Assembly (NCBI RefSeq): GCF_004010195.1
Contig: NC_057719.1
Location: 86,828,730-86,892,729 of the forward strand
Source of the DNA: Chiloscyllium plagiosum
Taxonomy: Eukaryota
DNA length: 64,000 nt
Direction of reading: 5' to 3'
Shown: positions 25,168 through 39,179 of the stretch, piece by piece
How the letters are laid out: each line of letters starts with the position of its first letter
Position numbering within the stretch: position 1 is the stretch's first letter
Notes under the pieces: generated by a model
Databases searched by the model: none
What the model was told of the DNA's origin: nothing
The model's input: only the letters and a program-made list of their open reading frames with translations
Made by a program: the position numbers and the translations under genes

Positions 25168-28100
25168 ACATAGAACATTACAGTGCAGTACAGGCCCTTC
25201 GGCCCTCGATGTTGTGCCAACCTGTCATATCAATCTGAAGCCCATCTAACCTACACTATTCCATATGCTTGTCCAATGACGACTTGAATGCACTTAAACT
25301 TGGCGAATCTACTACCGTTGCAGGCAAAACATTCCATACCCCACTACTCTCTGAGTAAAGAAACTACCTCAGACATCTGTCCTATATCTATCACCCCTCA
25401 ATTTAAAGCTATGTCCCCTCGTGCTCACCATCATCATTCTTGGAAAAAGGCTCTCCCTGTCCACCCTATCTAACCCTCTGATTATCTGATATGTCTTTAA
25501 GTCACCTCTCAACCTTCTTCTCTCTAACGAAAACAGCCTCCAGTCCCTCAGCCTTTCCTCGTAAGACCTTCCCGGCACCACTCCCCACCTCTTCCTCCGC
25601 TACATTGATGACTGCATTGGCGCCACCTCGTGCTACCAGGCAACATCCTAGTAAATCTCCTCTGCACCCTTTCCAAAGCTTCCACATCCTTCTAATAATG
25701 CAGCGACCAAAACTGTACACAATACTCCAAGTGCGGCCGTAGCATAACCTCATGGTTCCGGAACTCGATCCCTCTATTAATAAAAGCTAAAACACTGTAT
25801 GCCTTCTTAACAACCCTGTCAACCTGGGTGGTAACTTTCAAGGATCTGTGTACCTGGACACCGAGATCTCTCTGCTCATCTACACCACCAAGAATCTTAC
25901 CATTAGCCCAGTACCTTTCATTCCGGTTACTCCGACCAAAGTGAATCACCTCACACTTGTCCACATTAAACTCCATTTGCCACCTCTCAGCCCAGCTCTG
26001 CAGCTTATCTCTGTAACCTACAACATCCTTCGTCACTATCCACAACTCCACCGACCTTAGTATCGTGTGCAAATTTACTAACCCACCCTTCTACACCCTT
26101 ATCCAGGTCGTTTATAAAAATGACGAACAGCAGTGGACCCAACACCAACCCTTGCGGTACACCACTGGTAACTGGACTCCAAGATGAACAAGAAGCCAAT
26201 TACTGAACCAAACTGCTATATCTCCCACAATCCCATTCCTCCGCATTTTGTACAATAGCCTACTGTTGGGAACGTTATCGAACGGCTTGCTGAAATCCAT
26301 ATACACCACATCAACCGGTTTACTTTCATCTACCTGTTTGGTCACCCTCTCAAAGAACTCAATAAGGTTTGTGATGCACGATCTACCCTTCACAAAACCG
26401 TGCTGACTATCCCTAATCAAATTATTCTTTTCTAGATAATCATAAATCCTATCTCTTATCACCTTTTCCAACACTTTACCAACAACTGAAGTGAGGCTCA
26501 CTGGTCTATAACTACCAGGATTGTCTCTACTCCCCTTCTTGAACAGGGGAACCACATTTGCTATCCTCCAGTCTTCTGGCACTATTCCTGTAGACAATGA
26601 CGATTTAAAGATCAATGCCAAAGGCTCGGCAATCTCCTCCTTGGCTTCCCAGAGGATCCTAGGATAAATCCCATCCGGCCCAGGGGACTTATCTATTTTC
26701 ACACTCTGCAGGATTTCTAATACCTCCTGCTTGTGAACCTCAATCACATCTAGTCTAGTAGCCTGTATCTCAGTAATCTCCTCGACAACATTGTAATTTA
26801 TTAGAGTGAATACTGTTAAAAATATTCATTTAGTGCTTCCCCTATCTCCTCTGACTCCACACACAACTTCCCACTACTATCCTTGATTGGCCCTAATCTT
26901 ACTCTCATCATTCTTTTATTCCTTAAATACCTATAGAAAGCCTTAGGGTTTACCCTGATCCTATCCGCCAACAACTTCGCATGTCTCCTCCTGCTCTTCT
27001 TCAACTTCCTTCGTAAACCACGGCTCCCACGCTGTACAGCTTCCTCCCTGCCTGACAGGTACATACTTATCGAGGGCACACAGTAGCTTTTCCTTGAATA
27101 AGCTCCCCTGCAGTTTCCTTCTCCATCCTATGTTTCATAAATCTTGCCTAATCACATCATAAATGCCTTTCCTCCAGCTGTAACTCTTGCCCAGTGGTAT
27201 ACACCTATTCCTTTCTATCACTAAAGTAAACTTAACAGAATTGTGATCGCTATCTCCAAAGTGCTCACTACTTCCAAGTCTAACACCTGGCCGGGCTCAT
27301 TACCCAGTACCAAATCTAATGTGGCTTCGCCCCTTGTTGGCCTGTCTACATACTCTGTCAGGAAGTCCTCCTGCACACACTGAACAAAAACTGACCCATC
27401 TATAGTACTCGTACTATAGTGTTCCCAGTCAATATTTGGAAAGTTGAAGTCCCCCATGACAATTACCCTGTCTCTCTCACTCCTATTGAGAATCATCTTT
27501 GCTACTGCCTTTATTCCTGATGAAGGGCTTTTGCCCGAAACGTCGATTTTGCTGCTCCTCGGATGCTGCCTGAACTGCTGTGCTCTTCCAGCACCACTAA
27601 TCCAGAATCTGGTTTCCAGCATCTGCAGTCATTGTTTTTACCTTCCCTCCATACCAGGCAACATCCCAGTAAATCTCTTCTGCACCCTTTCCAAAACTTC
27701 CACATCCTTCATATAATGCGGTGACCAGAACTGTACACAATACTCCAAGTGCGGCCGTACCAGAGGTTTGTACAGCTGCAGCATAGGTCGTTTATAAAAA
27801 TGACGAACAGCAGTGGACCCAACACCGACCCTTGCGGTACGCCGCTAGTAACTGGACTCCAGGATGAACATTTCCCATCAACCACCACCCTCTGTCTTCT
27901 TTCAGCAAGCCAATTACTGATCCAAACTGCTATATCTCCCACAATCCCATTCCTCCACATATTGTACAATAGCCTACTGTGGGGAACCTTATCGAATGCC
28001 TTGCTGAAATCCATATACACCACATCAACCGGTTTACTCTCATCTACCTGTTTGGTCACCTTCTGAAAGAGCTCAATAAGGTTTGTGAGGCACGACCTAC

Positions 28101-29850
28101 CCTTCACAAAGCCGTGCTGACTATCCCTGATCAGATTATTCTTTTCTAGATGGTTATAAATCCTGTCTCTTATAACCTTTTCCACCACTTTACCAACAAC
28201 TGAAGTGAGACTCACTGGTCTGTAATTACCGGGGTTGTCTCTACTCCCCTTCTTGAACAAGGGAACCACATTTGCTATCCTCCAGTCCTCAGGCACTACT
28301 CCTGTAGATAATGGTGATTTAAAGATCAATGCCAAAGGCTCGGCAATCTCCTCCCTGGCTTCCCAGAGGTTCCTAGGATAGATCCCATCCGGCCCAGGGG
28401 ACTTGTCTATTTTCACACTCTGCAGGATTTCTAATACCTCTTCCTTGTGAACCTCAATCACACCTAGTCTGGTAGCCTGTATCTCAGTATTCCCCTCAAC
28501 ATTGTCGTTTTCTAGAGTGAATACTTTCGAAAAATATTAATTAAGTGCTTCCCCTATCTCCTCTGACTCAACACACAACTTCCCACTGCTATCCTTGATT
28601 GGCCCTAATCTTACTCTCGTCCTTAAATTCTTTTATTCCTTAAATACCTATAGAAAGCCTTAGGGTTTACCCTGATCCTATCCGCCAACAACTTCTCATG
28701 TCTCCTCCTGGCTCTTCTGAGCTCTCTCTTGAGGTCTTTCCTGGCTACCTTGTAACCCTCAACCGCTCTAACTGAGCCTTCACATCTCATCCTAACATAA
28801 GCCTTCTTCTTCCTCTTGACCAGAGAGTCCACTTCCTTCGTAAACCACGGCTCCTGCGCTCTACAGCTTCCTCCCTGCCTGACTGGTACATACTTATCCA
28901 GGACACACAGGAGCTTTTCCTTGAATAATCTCCACATTTCTAATGTGCCCATCCCCTGCAGTTTCCTTCCCCATCCTATGCTTCCTAAATCTNNNNNNNN
29001 NNNNNNNNNNNNNNNNNNNNNNNNNNNNNNNNNNNNNNNNNNNNNNNNNNNNNNNNNNNNNNNNNNNNNNNNNNNNNNNNNNNNNNNNNNNNNNNNNNNN
29101 NNNNNNNNNNNNNNNNNNNNNNNNNNNNNNNNNNNNNNNNNNNNNNNNNNNNNNNNNNNNNNNNNNNNNNNNNNNNNNNNNNNNNNNNNNNNNNNNNNNN
29201 NNNNNNNNNNNNNNNNNNNNNNNNNNNNNNNNNNNNNNNNNNNNNNNNNNNNNNNNNNNNNNNNNNNNNNNNNNNNNNNNNNNNNNNNNNNNNNNNNNNN
29301 NNNNNNNNNNNNNNNNNNNNNNNNNNNNNNNNNNNNNNNNNNNNNNNNNNNNNNNNNNNNNNNNNNNNNNNNNNNNNNNNNNNNNNNNNNNNNNCCGAAA
29401 TGGCCACAACATCAAAGTCCCAGGTACCAACCCATGCTGAAGGTCACCCACCTTATTCCGGATGCTCCTAGCGTTGAAGTAGATACACTTCAAACCAACT
29501 TCTTGCTTGCCGGTGCCATCTTGTGTCCCTGAAACTTGATTTCGGACCTCCCTACTCTCAACCTTTTCTATACTCGAACTATGATTTTGGTTCCCATCCC
29601 CCTGCTGGATTAGTTTAAACCCACCCCAATAGCCTTAGCAAATTTCCCCCCAAAGATATTGGTACTCCTCTGGTTCAGATGAAGACCATCCTGCTTGTAG
29701 AGGTCCCACCTACCCCAGAAAGAGCCCCAATTATCCAAGAATCCAAAACCCTTCCTCCTGCACTATCCCTGTAGCCACGGGTTCAACTCCTCTCTCTCCC
29801 TATTCCTCACCTCACTAGCACGTGGCACAGGCAAGAAACCAGAGACAACA
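25168..29850 (-). mobile_element. Two tandem, closely related CR1-type LINE copies (ORF2 RT/endonuclease, ORF1 remnant) spanning a gap
   Basis: Near-identical ORFs 26112-26747 and 27709-28461 ([37 protein letters not shown]); KCIYFNARSIRNK endonuclease start at ~29490. Confidence 0.92.
27513..27548 (+). ncRNA. Minimal type I hammerhead ribozyme motif in a Penelope-derived terminus
   Basis: CTGATGA-A-GGGC-TTTT-GCCC-GAAA-CGTC: intact core, 4-bp stem II, palindromic ACGT helix III; stem I is imperfect. Confidence 0.7.
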
Positions 29851-32180
29851 ACCTGATGGGTTTTTCTGACAATCCACAATGAATTCTTGTTCACCCTCCG
29901 TTTCCTAATTGAGATTCCACTCCACCATCTGCCATGGCAGGATTCCAACCTGGGTCCCCCGAACGTTACCTGGGGCTCAAGATGACCAATCCTGTGATAG
30001 TGCCACTCGGCTATTGCCTCTCCTTACCAGGGACCATCCTTGTGAATCTTGTCTGAACTAACTTCAGTGAAATAATATCATGCCTTAAATTAGGGAACCA
30101 AAACTGCTGTCGGTACTCTAGCCAGTAAGACGTCAGTGTTTCCCCTAACTCAGGACAACATTCCACCCCATTTCCTGATTACCTGGTGAATGTGTGCTCA
30201 CTTTCTGTGTTCCATGCACAGGTCCCTTTGTTTTGCAGCTTTCTGCAGGTTTTCTCCATTTAAATTATATTCTGTTCATCTGCTCTCCCTTCCAGAATAA
30301 ACAACTTCACATTTTCCCACGTCGTAGTCCATATGCCAACTTTGCCTTTCCATCTGTTTTTGTGCTGTCTGTAAATTTGGTTCCAGTACATTGACTTCCT
30401 TCCTCCGATTGTCTACAGTTATAGTGCCAGCACTGACCCTTTGGAACCCCTGGTTACAGGTTACCAAACTGAAAACAGAACCCCTTCTCCCAGTCATGGT
30501 TACATGCCCACCAGCCAATTCTCTATCCATGCCAATGTACTCCCTCCAACACCATGAGCTGTTGTCTTATGGCTTAACCTTGTGTAATGTAGCTTGTGAA
30601 CCACCTTGAAGTCCAAATACAACACATCTGTTAGTTCCCCTGTAGACACTGGCTGAGACTTACTCAAAAACCTTAAATACATGAGCCAGAGACCATTTCC
30701 CTTTGATGAAGCCCATGCTGAATCTGCTTAATTAGATTACTTAAGATTTTCCAAATGTTCACGCAGTCACGAAATTATCCAGCATGGAAACAAACCCTTC
30801 AGTCAACTCACCCACACCGACCAGACATCTCAATCTGACCTAGTCCCACCTGCCAGCACCCGGCCCATATCCCTCCAAACCCTTCCTATTCATATACCCA
30901 TCCAGATGCCTTTGAAATGTTACAATTGCACCAGCCTTCACCACTTCCTCTGGCAGCTCATTCCATACACGTACCACCCTCTGTGTGAAAAAGTTGCCCC
31001 TTAGGTCCCTTTTAAATCTTTCCCCTCTCACCCTAAACCTATGCCCAACCTTCCCTAATAATTGATTCCAATACTTCACCAACAATAATTGCTCGGCTAA
31101 TTGGCCTGAAGTTACCCGCTTTTTACCTCTCCCTCCCTTTCTGAATCGAGCTGTCACATTGGCAGCTTTCTAGTACTTTGCCAGAATCCAAGGATTTTTG
31201 GAAAATTACAACCAATGTATGCACTATTTCTGTAGCTCCCTCTTTTAGGATCCAAGGATGCAAATCATCAGGACCAGGGACTTATCTGCCTTTAGTCCTT
31301 TAGCATACCTCATACAACTTCTTCAGTGATGGTGACGGTATTTAATTCCTCCCAGTATTCTTTCATCTCAGTGGGATGTTTCAAGTATCTTCCTCCGTAA
31401 AGAAGATTTGTTTAAATCCAGTGCCATTTTCTTGTTCCGGAAACCATCTCCTCAGATTCATTTTCTAAGAGACCAAAGGAGGCATGATGGGGCCTTTCAA
31501 GAAATAAATTTCTCTCTCTCCTGCTCCCTGACCCCTCCATCAAGGGGAACAAGTTCCTTCCTGTCTCTGCCCACTCACCATTTTATCCATCTCAATCATC
31601 TCCCCCCCCCCCCCCCCCACCAATCTGCTGTGCTCAAAGGAGAACAACCACAGGCTATCAATCTCTCTGTCTCTCCATCCCTGAAACTCTCCAGGCCAGG
31701 AAACAGCCTGGTAAATCTCCTCCTGGAATGTGGATTCCAGACCTGCACGCAGTACTCTCCCTGTGGCCTAGCCAGTGGTTAATACAGTTCCAGCATCACT
31801 TCCCTGCTCTCCAACTCAATGCCTCACTGAATAAAGGCAAGTGTACTAGAGGCCTCCTGAACCACTTTATCCAGCCTCTGATACCTGAAGGCACACCAAG
31901 CTCCCTCTGACCCTGGGTGTATTCCCTTGCCGAAACAGAGGGGAAGCAGCCAAAGAAGGCATTTGAGGTTGTGTGGCCAGATAGGAGGTGAGGATTAATG
32001 GACTGTGAAGGCAGATTGAGGATGGAGGCAGGAAGGATTAGAGTTAGAGAAGGGCTAGAGTGAGCAGCGATAATTGGAAGGGAATGATGAAATGTAGAGT
32101 GGATGTGGAGGATTTGTGGGAACTGTTTTAGGGGGATGAGTTGTGGGGGATTTGGGGGAACTGAACTGTCCGTGTTCCAG

Positions 32181-32323
32181 GGGGAGGAGTTGAGTGAAGC
32201 CAGTGTACGCCTTAGTCTGCTTGAGAAGAAACTGGACTGTTCCTCGAAAGAGGCTGACGATCGAGTGGAGAAAATTCAGGTGAAACTGGAAGAGACACAG
32301 ACACTGCTCAAAAAGAAGGAGAA
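32181..32323 (+). CDS. DCTN1: Dynactin subunit 1 exon (143 nt), last one found
   Basis: gttccag|[47 protein letters not shown](K)|gtgagt. Confidence 0.96.
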
Positions 32324-32389
32324 GTGAGTAGTCGCAGCTGCCTACCGGCTTTCAGAGGTCTGACACTCACCCCTCTCAACATCACTCAT

Positions 32390-35300
32390 TCACACCGTCA
32401 CTCTCACTCACATCGTCACTCTCACTCACACCATCACTAACTGACTCACTCACGAACTGTCACTCACTCACTAACTGTCACTCACTCACTAACTGTCACT
32501 CACTAACTGTCACTCACTCACTGTCACTCACTCACACTGTCACTCACTCACACTGTCACTCACACTGTCACTCACACACTCACACTGTCACTCACTCACA
32601 CTGTCACTCACTCACACTGTCACTCACTCACACTGTCACTCACTCACACTGTCACTCACTCACACTGTCACTCACTCACACTGTCACTCACTCACACTGT
32701 CACTCACTCACACTGTCACTCACTCACACTGTCACTCACTCACACTGTCACTCACTCACACTGTCACTCACTCACACTGTCACTCACTCACACTGTCACT
32801 CACTCACACTGTCACTCACTCACACTGTCACTCACTCACACTGTCACTCACTCACACTGTCACTCACTCACACTGTCACTCACTCACACTGTCACTCACT
32901 CACACTGTCACTCACTCACACTGTCACTCACTCACACTGTCACTCACTCACACTGTCACTCACTCACACTGTCACTCACTCACACTGTCACTCACTCACA
33001 CTGTCACTCACTCACACTGTCACTCACTCACACTGTCACTCACTCACACTGTCACTCACTCACACTGTCACTCACTCACACTGTCACTCACTCACACTGT
33101 CACTCACTCACACTGTCACTCACTCACACTGTCACTCACTCACACTGTCACTCACTCACACTGTCACTCACTCACACTGTCACTCACTCACACTGTCACT
33201 CACTCACACTGTCACTCACTCACACTGTCACTCACTCACACTGTCACTCACTCACACTGTCACTCACTCACACTGTCACTCACTCACACTGTCACTCACT
33301 CACACTGTCACTCACTCACACTGTCACTCACTCACACTGTCACTCACTCACACTGTCACTCACTCACACTGTCACTCACTCACACTGTCACTCACTCACA
33401 CTGTCACTCACTCACACTGTCACTCACTCACACTGTCACTCACTCACACTGTCACTCACTCACACTGTCACTCACTCACACTGTCACTCACTCACACTGT
33501 CACTCACTCACACTGTCACTCACTCACACTGTCACTCACTCACACTGTCACTCACTCACACTGTCACTCACTCACACTGTCACTCACTCACACTGTCACT
33601 CACTCACACTGTCACTCACTCACACTGTCACTCACTCACACTGTCACTCACTCACACTGTCACTCACTCACACTGTCACTCACTCACACTGTCACTCACT
33701 CACACTGTCACTCACTCACACTGTCACTCACTCACACTGTCACTCACTCACACTGTCACTCACTCACACTGTCACTCACTCACACTGTCACTCACTCACA
33801 CTGTCACTCACTCACACTGTCACTCACTCACACTGTCACTCACTCACACTGTCACTCACTCACACTGTCACTCACTCACACTGTCACTCACTCACACTGT
33901 CACTCACTCACACTGTCACTCACTCACACTGTCACTCACTCACACTGTCACTCACTCACACTGTCACTCACTCACACTGTCACTCACTCACACTGTCACT
34001 CACTCACACTGTCACTCACTCACACTGTCACTCACTCACACTGTCACTCACTCACACTGTCACTCACTCACACTGTCACTCACTCACACTGTCACTCACT
34101 CACACTGTCACTCACTCACACTGTCACTCACTCACACTGTCACTCACTCACACTGTCACTCACTCACACTGTCACTCACTCACACTGTCACTCACTCACA
34201 CTGTCACTCACTCACACTGTCACTCACTCACACTGTCACTCACTCACACTGTCACTCACTCACACTGTCACTCACTCACACTGTCACTCACTCACACTGT
34301 CACTCACTCACACTGTCACTCACTCACACTGTCACTCACTCACACTGTCACTCACTCACACTGTCACTCACTCACACTGTCACTCACTCACACTGTCACT
34401 CACTCACACTGTCACTCACTCACACTGTCACTCACTCACACTGTCACTCACTCACACTGTCACTCACTCACACTGTCACTCACTCACACTGTCACTCACT
34501 CACACTGTCACTCACTCACACTGTCACTCACTCACACTGTCACTCACTCACACTGTCACTCACTCACACTGTCACTCACTCACACTGTCACTCACTCACA
34601 CTGTCACTCACTCACACTGTCACTCACTCACACTGTCACTCACTCACACTGTCACTCACTCACACTGTCACTCACTCACACTGTCACTCACTCACACTGT
34701 CACTCACTCACACTGTCACTCACTCACACTGTCACTCACTCACACTGTCACTCACTCACACTGTCACTCACTCACACTGTCACTCACTCACACTGTCACT
34801 CACTCACACTGTCACTCACTCACACTGTCACTCACTCACACTGTCACTCACTCACACTGTCACTCACTCACACTGTCACTCACTCACACTGTCACTCACT
34901 CACACTGTCACTCACTCACACTGTCACTCACTCACACTGTCACTCACTCACACTGTCACTCACTCACACTGTCACTCACTCACACTGTCACTCACTCACA
35001 CTGTCACTCACTCACACTGTCACTCACTCACACTGTCACTCACTCACACTGTCACTCACTCACACTGTCACTCACTCACACTGTCACTCACTCACACTGT
35101 CACTCACTCACACTGTCACTCACTCACACTGTCACTCACTCACACTGTCACTCACTCACACTGTCACTCACTCACACTGTCACTCACTCACACTGTCACT
35201 CACTCACACTGTCACTCACTCACACTGTCACTCACTCACACTGTCACTCACTCACACTGTCACTCACTCACACTGTCACTCACTCACACTGTCACTCACT

Positions 35301-35862
35301 CACACTGTCACTCACTCACACTGTCACTCACTCACACTGTCACTCACTCACACTGTCACTCACTCACACTGTCACTCACTCACACTGTCACTCACTCACA
35401 CTGTCACTCACTCACACTGTCACTCACTCACACTGTCACTCACTCACACTGTCACTCACTCACACTGTCACTCACTCACACTGTCACTCACTCACACTGT
35501 CACTCACTCACACTGTCACTCACTCACACTGTCACTCACTCACACTGTCACTCACTCACACTGTCACTCACTCACACTGTCACTCACTCACACTGTCACT
35601 CACTCACACTGTCACTCACTCACACTGTCACTCACTCACACTGTCACTCACTCACACTGTCACTCACTCACACTGTCACTCACTCACACTGTCACTCACT
35701 CACACTGTCACTCACTCACACTGTCACTCACTCACACTGTCACTCACTCACACTGTCACTCACTCACACTGTCACTCACTCACACTGTCACTCACTCACA
35801 CTGTCACTCACTCACACTGTCACTCACTCACACTGTCACTCACTCACACTGTCACTCACTCA
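32390..35862. repeat. 16-bp satellite (CACTCACTCACACTGT)n, about 200 identical copies
   Basis: Degenerate start; invariant from ~32580 to 35862. Confidence 0.98.
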
Positions 35863-37760
35863 GAACAGGCTGGGGCTATTTTCCCAAGAGAGTCGGAGGC
35901 TGATGGGTGACCTTATAGAGGTTTACAAAATTATGAGAGGGGCATAGATAGGATAAATAGACAAAGTATTTTCCCTGGGGTTGGGGAGTCCAGAACTAGA
36001 GGGCATAGGTTTAAGGTGAGAGGGGAAAGCTATAAAAGAGACCTAAGGGACAACTTTTTCACGCAGAGGGTGGTACGTGTATGGAATGAGCTGCCAGAGG
36101 ATGTGGTGGGGGTTGGTACAATTGCAACATTTAAGAGGCATTTGGATGGGTATATGAATAGGAAGGGTTTGGAGGGATATGGGCCGGGTGCTGGCAGGTG
36201 GGACTAGATTGGGTTGGGATATCTGGTCGGCATGGATGGGTTGGACTGAAGGGTCTGTTTCCATGCTGTTCATCTCTATGACTCTATGACTTGACAGGGT
36301 AGATGTAGAGAGGTTGTTTCCCCTTGTGGGAGTGTCTAGGACCAGAGAGCACAATTTCAGAATAAGGAGTCATCCTTTAAGACTTTAAGGAAGAACTTAT
36401 TCTCTCAGAGGGTAGTGAATCTGCGGAATTCTTTACGACAGAGGACTGCAGAGGCTGGGTGGCTTAGTATATTCAAAGTTAAAAATCACACAACATCAGG
36501 TTGTAATCCAACAGGTTTACTTGGAAATACTAGCTTTCAGAACGCCACTCCTTCATGGTGGTTGTGGAGGTTAAGATCATGCTCACAGAATTTATGTTGC
36601 AGCTGTATCAAACTCTGATTCGGCCGCACTTGGAGTATTGTGTACAGTTCTGGTCACCGCATTATAGAAAGGATGTAGAAACTCTGGAAAGGGTTCAGAT
36701 GAGATTTACTAGGATGTTGCCTGGTATGGAGGGAAGTCTCATGAGGAAAGTCTGAGGGACTTGACACTGTTTTCATTAGAGAGAAGAAGGTTGAGAGGTG
36801 ACTTAATTGAGACATTTAAGATAATCAGAGGGTTAGAAAGGGTGGACAATGAGAGCCTTTTTCCTCACATGGTGATGGCTAGCATGAGGACACATAGCTT
36901 TAAATTGAGTGATGATATAGAATACAGAACATTACAGCACAGTACAGGCCCTCAATGTTGCGCCGACCTGTAATACCAATCTGAAGCCCATCTAAACGAC
37001 ACTATTCCATGTACGTCCATATGCTTGTTCAATGAGGACTTAAATGTACTTAAAGTTGGCGAATCTACTACCGTTGCAGGCAAAGCATTCCATACCCTTA
37101 CTACTCTCTGAGTAAAGAAACTACCTCTGACATCTATCACCCCTCAATTTAAAGCTATGCCCCCTCGTGCTCGCTGTCACCATACTTGGAAAAAAGCTCT
37201 CCCTGTCCACCCTATAATGCGGTGACCAGAACTTACACAATAGTCCAAGTGCGGCCGCACCAGAGTTTTGTTCAGCTGTAGCATAACCTCATGGTTCCGG
37301 AACTCGAACCCTCTATTAATAAAAGCTAAAACACTGTATGCCTTCTTAACAACCCTGGGTGGCAACTTTCAAGGATCTGTGTACCTGGACACTGAGATCA
37401 CTCTGCTCATCTACACTACCAAGAATCTTACCATTAGCCCAGTACTTTGCATTCCAGTTACTCCGACCAAAGTGAATCACCTCACATTTTTTCACATTAA
37501 ACTCCATTTGCCACTCTCAGCCCAGCTCTGCAGCTTATCAAGAGGACAGATGTCAGAGGTAGTTTCTTTACTCAGAGAGTAGTAGGGGCATGGAATGCAA
37601 CAGTAGTAGACTCGCCAACTTTAAGGGCATTTAAGTGGTCATTGGATAAACATATGGATGAAAATGGAATAGTGTAGGATTGACGGGCTTCAGAGCGGTT
37701 CCGCGGGTCGGCGCAACACTGAGGGCCAAAGGGTCTATACTGTGTTGTAATGTTCTGTAA
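35863..37760. mobile_element. Cluster of CR1 3'-end fragments in both orientations
   Basis: [29 protein letters not shown] and FSLERRRLRGDLI motifs. Confidence 0.85.
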
Positions 37761-38460
37761 AATTCTAAGTTCAGTACTAAGAATGGCCATTATGGGTGAT
37801 TGGCTTCACATGTTGAGCAAATAGAGACTGGGTAGAGAACTCCAAAATGAGGTTTTCAATCCTCCCAGAGCTACAGTAAATCATACCTCATTGAAGATTT
37901 GATGAGCAATTTGGGAGTAGGGAGATAGTAATTATGATGTATATAAAGAACACTGTAAATCAAAATCACTACTGGCATCAAGACTGTGGTTAATAAGTTT
38001 TAGGTCACTGTCTTTAAAATGTGCTGACTATTGCTGACTTAAAGTTCCATCGTCCCTTGACACCTTTTATACTTAACTGGCTGCTTTTCATGTGATTATA
38101 GGCAGTGGATGTTACCTGGCCACTGAACCATAAAATACATGGAACAGGGAATTGGGAGGTCAAGATTTTCATCTCTTCCAGAAATAAAATTGCACTTTTG
38201 TTATACAGTTGAAATTGTATACTCCCAGCAAAGAGAAATGCATAAGGTGGCACAAGGTTCATTAAATAATGTTTGGCAGCACATGCCACTGATGTTGGAT
38301 AGGGCTGATGTCCTCTCACAAATCTGTCCAACAGCAGCAGCAGTTTCTTTAATGGGAAGGGCTTCACAGCTTAAATTTGCCTGCCTTTTCCTAGAACCTT
38401 CAGTTCCCTTACTGATTACAAACTTCGGTTAACTCAGCCTTGAATATACTGGGAGTTGCT

Positions 38461-38850
38461 GGTGTTGGACTGGGGTATACAAAGTTAAAAATCGCACAAG
38501 AGGTTATAGTCCAACAGAATTATTTGGAAGCACTGGCTTTCAGAGCACCACTCCTTCATGAGGTAGTTGTGGAGGTTAAGATCATGCTCACAGAATTTGT
38601 CATGGAGATGTGATACAGTAAACAATCTTAGATTAAACCATTCATCTTTTATAATGGGATATGCTGGTTTCTGTTCTTTGATGTAAATCCCAGAACATCT
38701 TTTAAATTACATTCTCAAGTACTCTATAATCACCTGATGAAGGAGCAGCACTCCAAAAGCTACTGCTTCCAAATAAATCTGTTGGACTATAACCTGTGTT
38801 CTGTGATTTTTAATTTTGTACACCCCAGTCCAACATTGTCACCTCCAAAT
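38461..38850. mobile_element. Inverted-repeat element of a second Penelope-like terminal family with a hammerhead-like core
   Basis: GTTGGACTGGGGTATACAAAGTTAAAAATC... mirrored by ...GATTTTTAATTTTGTACACCCCAGTCCAAC; CTGATGAA-GGAG-CAGCA-CTCC-aAAAGCTA at 38734. Confidence 0.6.
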
Positions 38851-38921
38851 CATTCTCAAGAATTTTAAACAACGGGTGTGAAGTCTGTCTGTATCCCAAC
38901 GCTATGGCAGACTGACAAACC

Positions 38922-39126
38922 TGGAAATGTGTTGCTGGAAAAGCGCAACAGGTCAGGCAGCATCCAGGGAACAGGAGAATCGACGTTTCGGGCATAAGCC
39001 CTTCTTCGGGCTTATGCCCGAAACATCGATTCTCCTGTTCCCTGGATGCTGCCTGACATGCTGCGCTTTTCCAGCAACACATTTCCAGCTCTGATCTCCA
39101 GCATCTGCAGACCTCACTTTCTCCTC
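38922..39126. mobile_element. Palindromic Penelope-derived insertion with 14-bp target duplication
   Basis: ~81-bp arms around TTCTTC; CAGACTGACAAACC at 38908-38921 and 39127-39140. Confidence 0.85.
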
Positions 39127-39179
39127 CAGACTGACAAACCCTCTGTATAGTTTTGCAGAGTTTAACATGGATTCTATTG

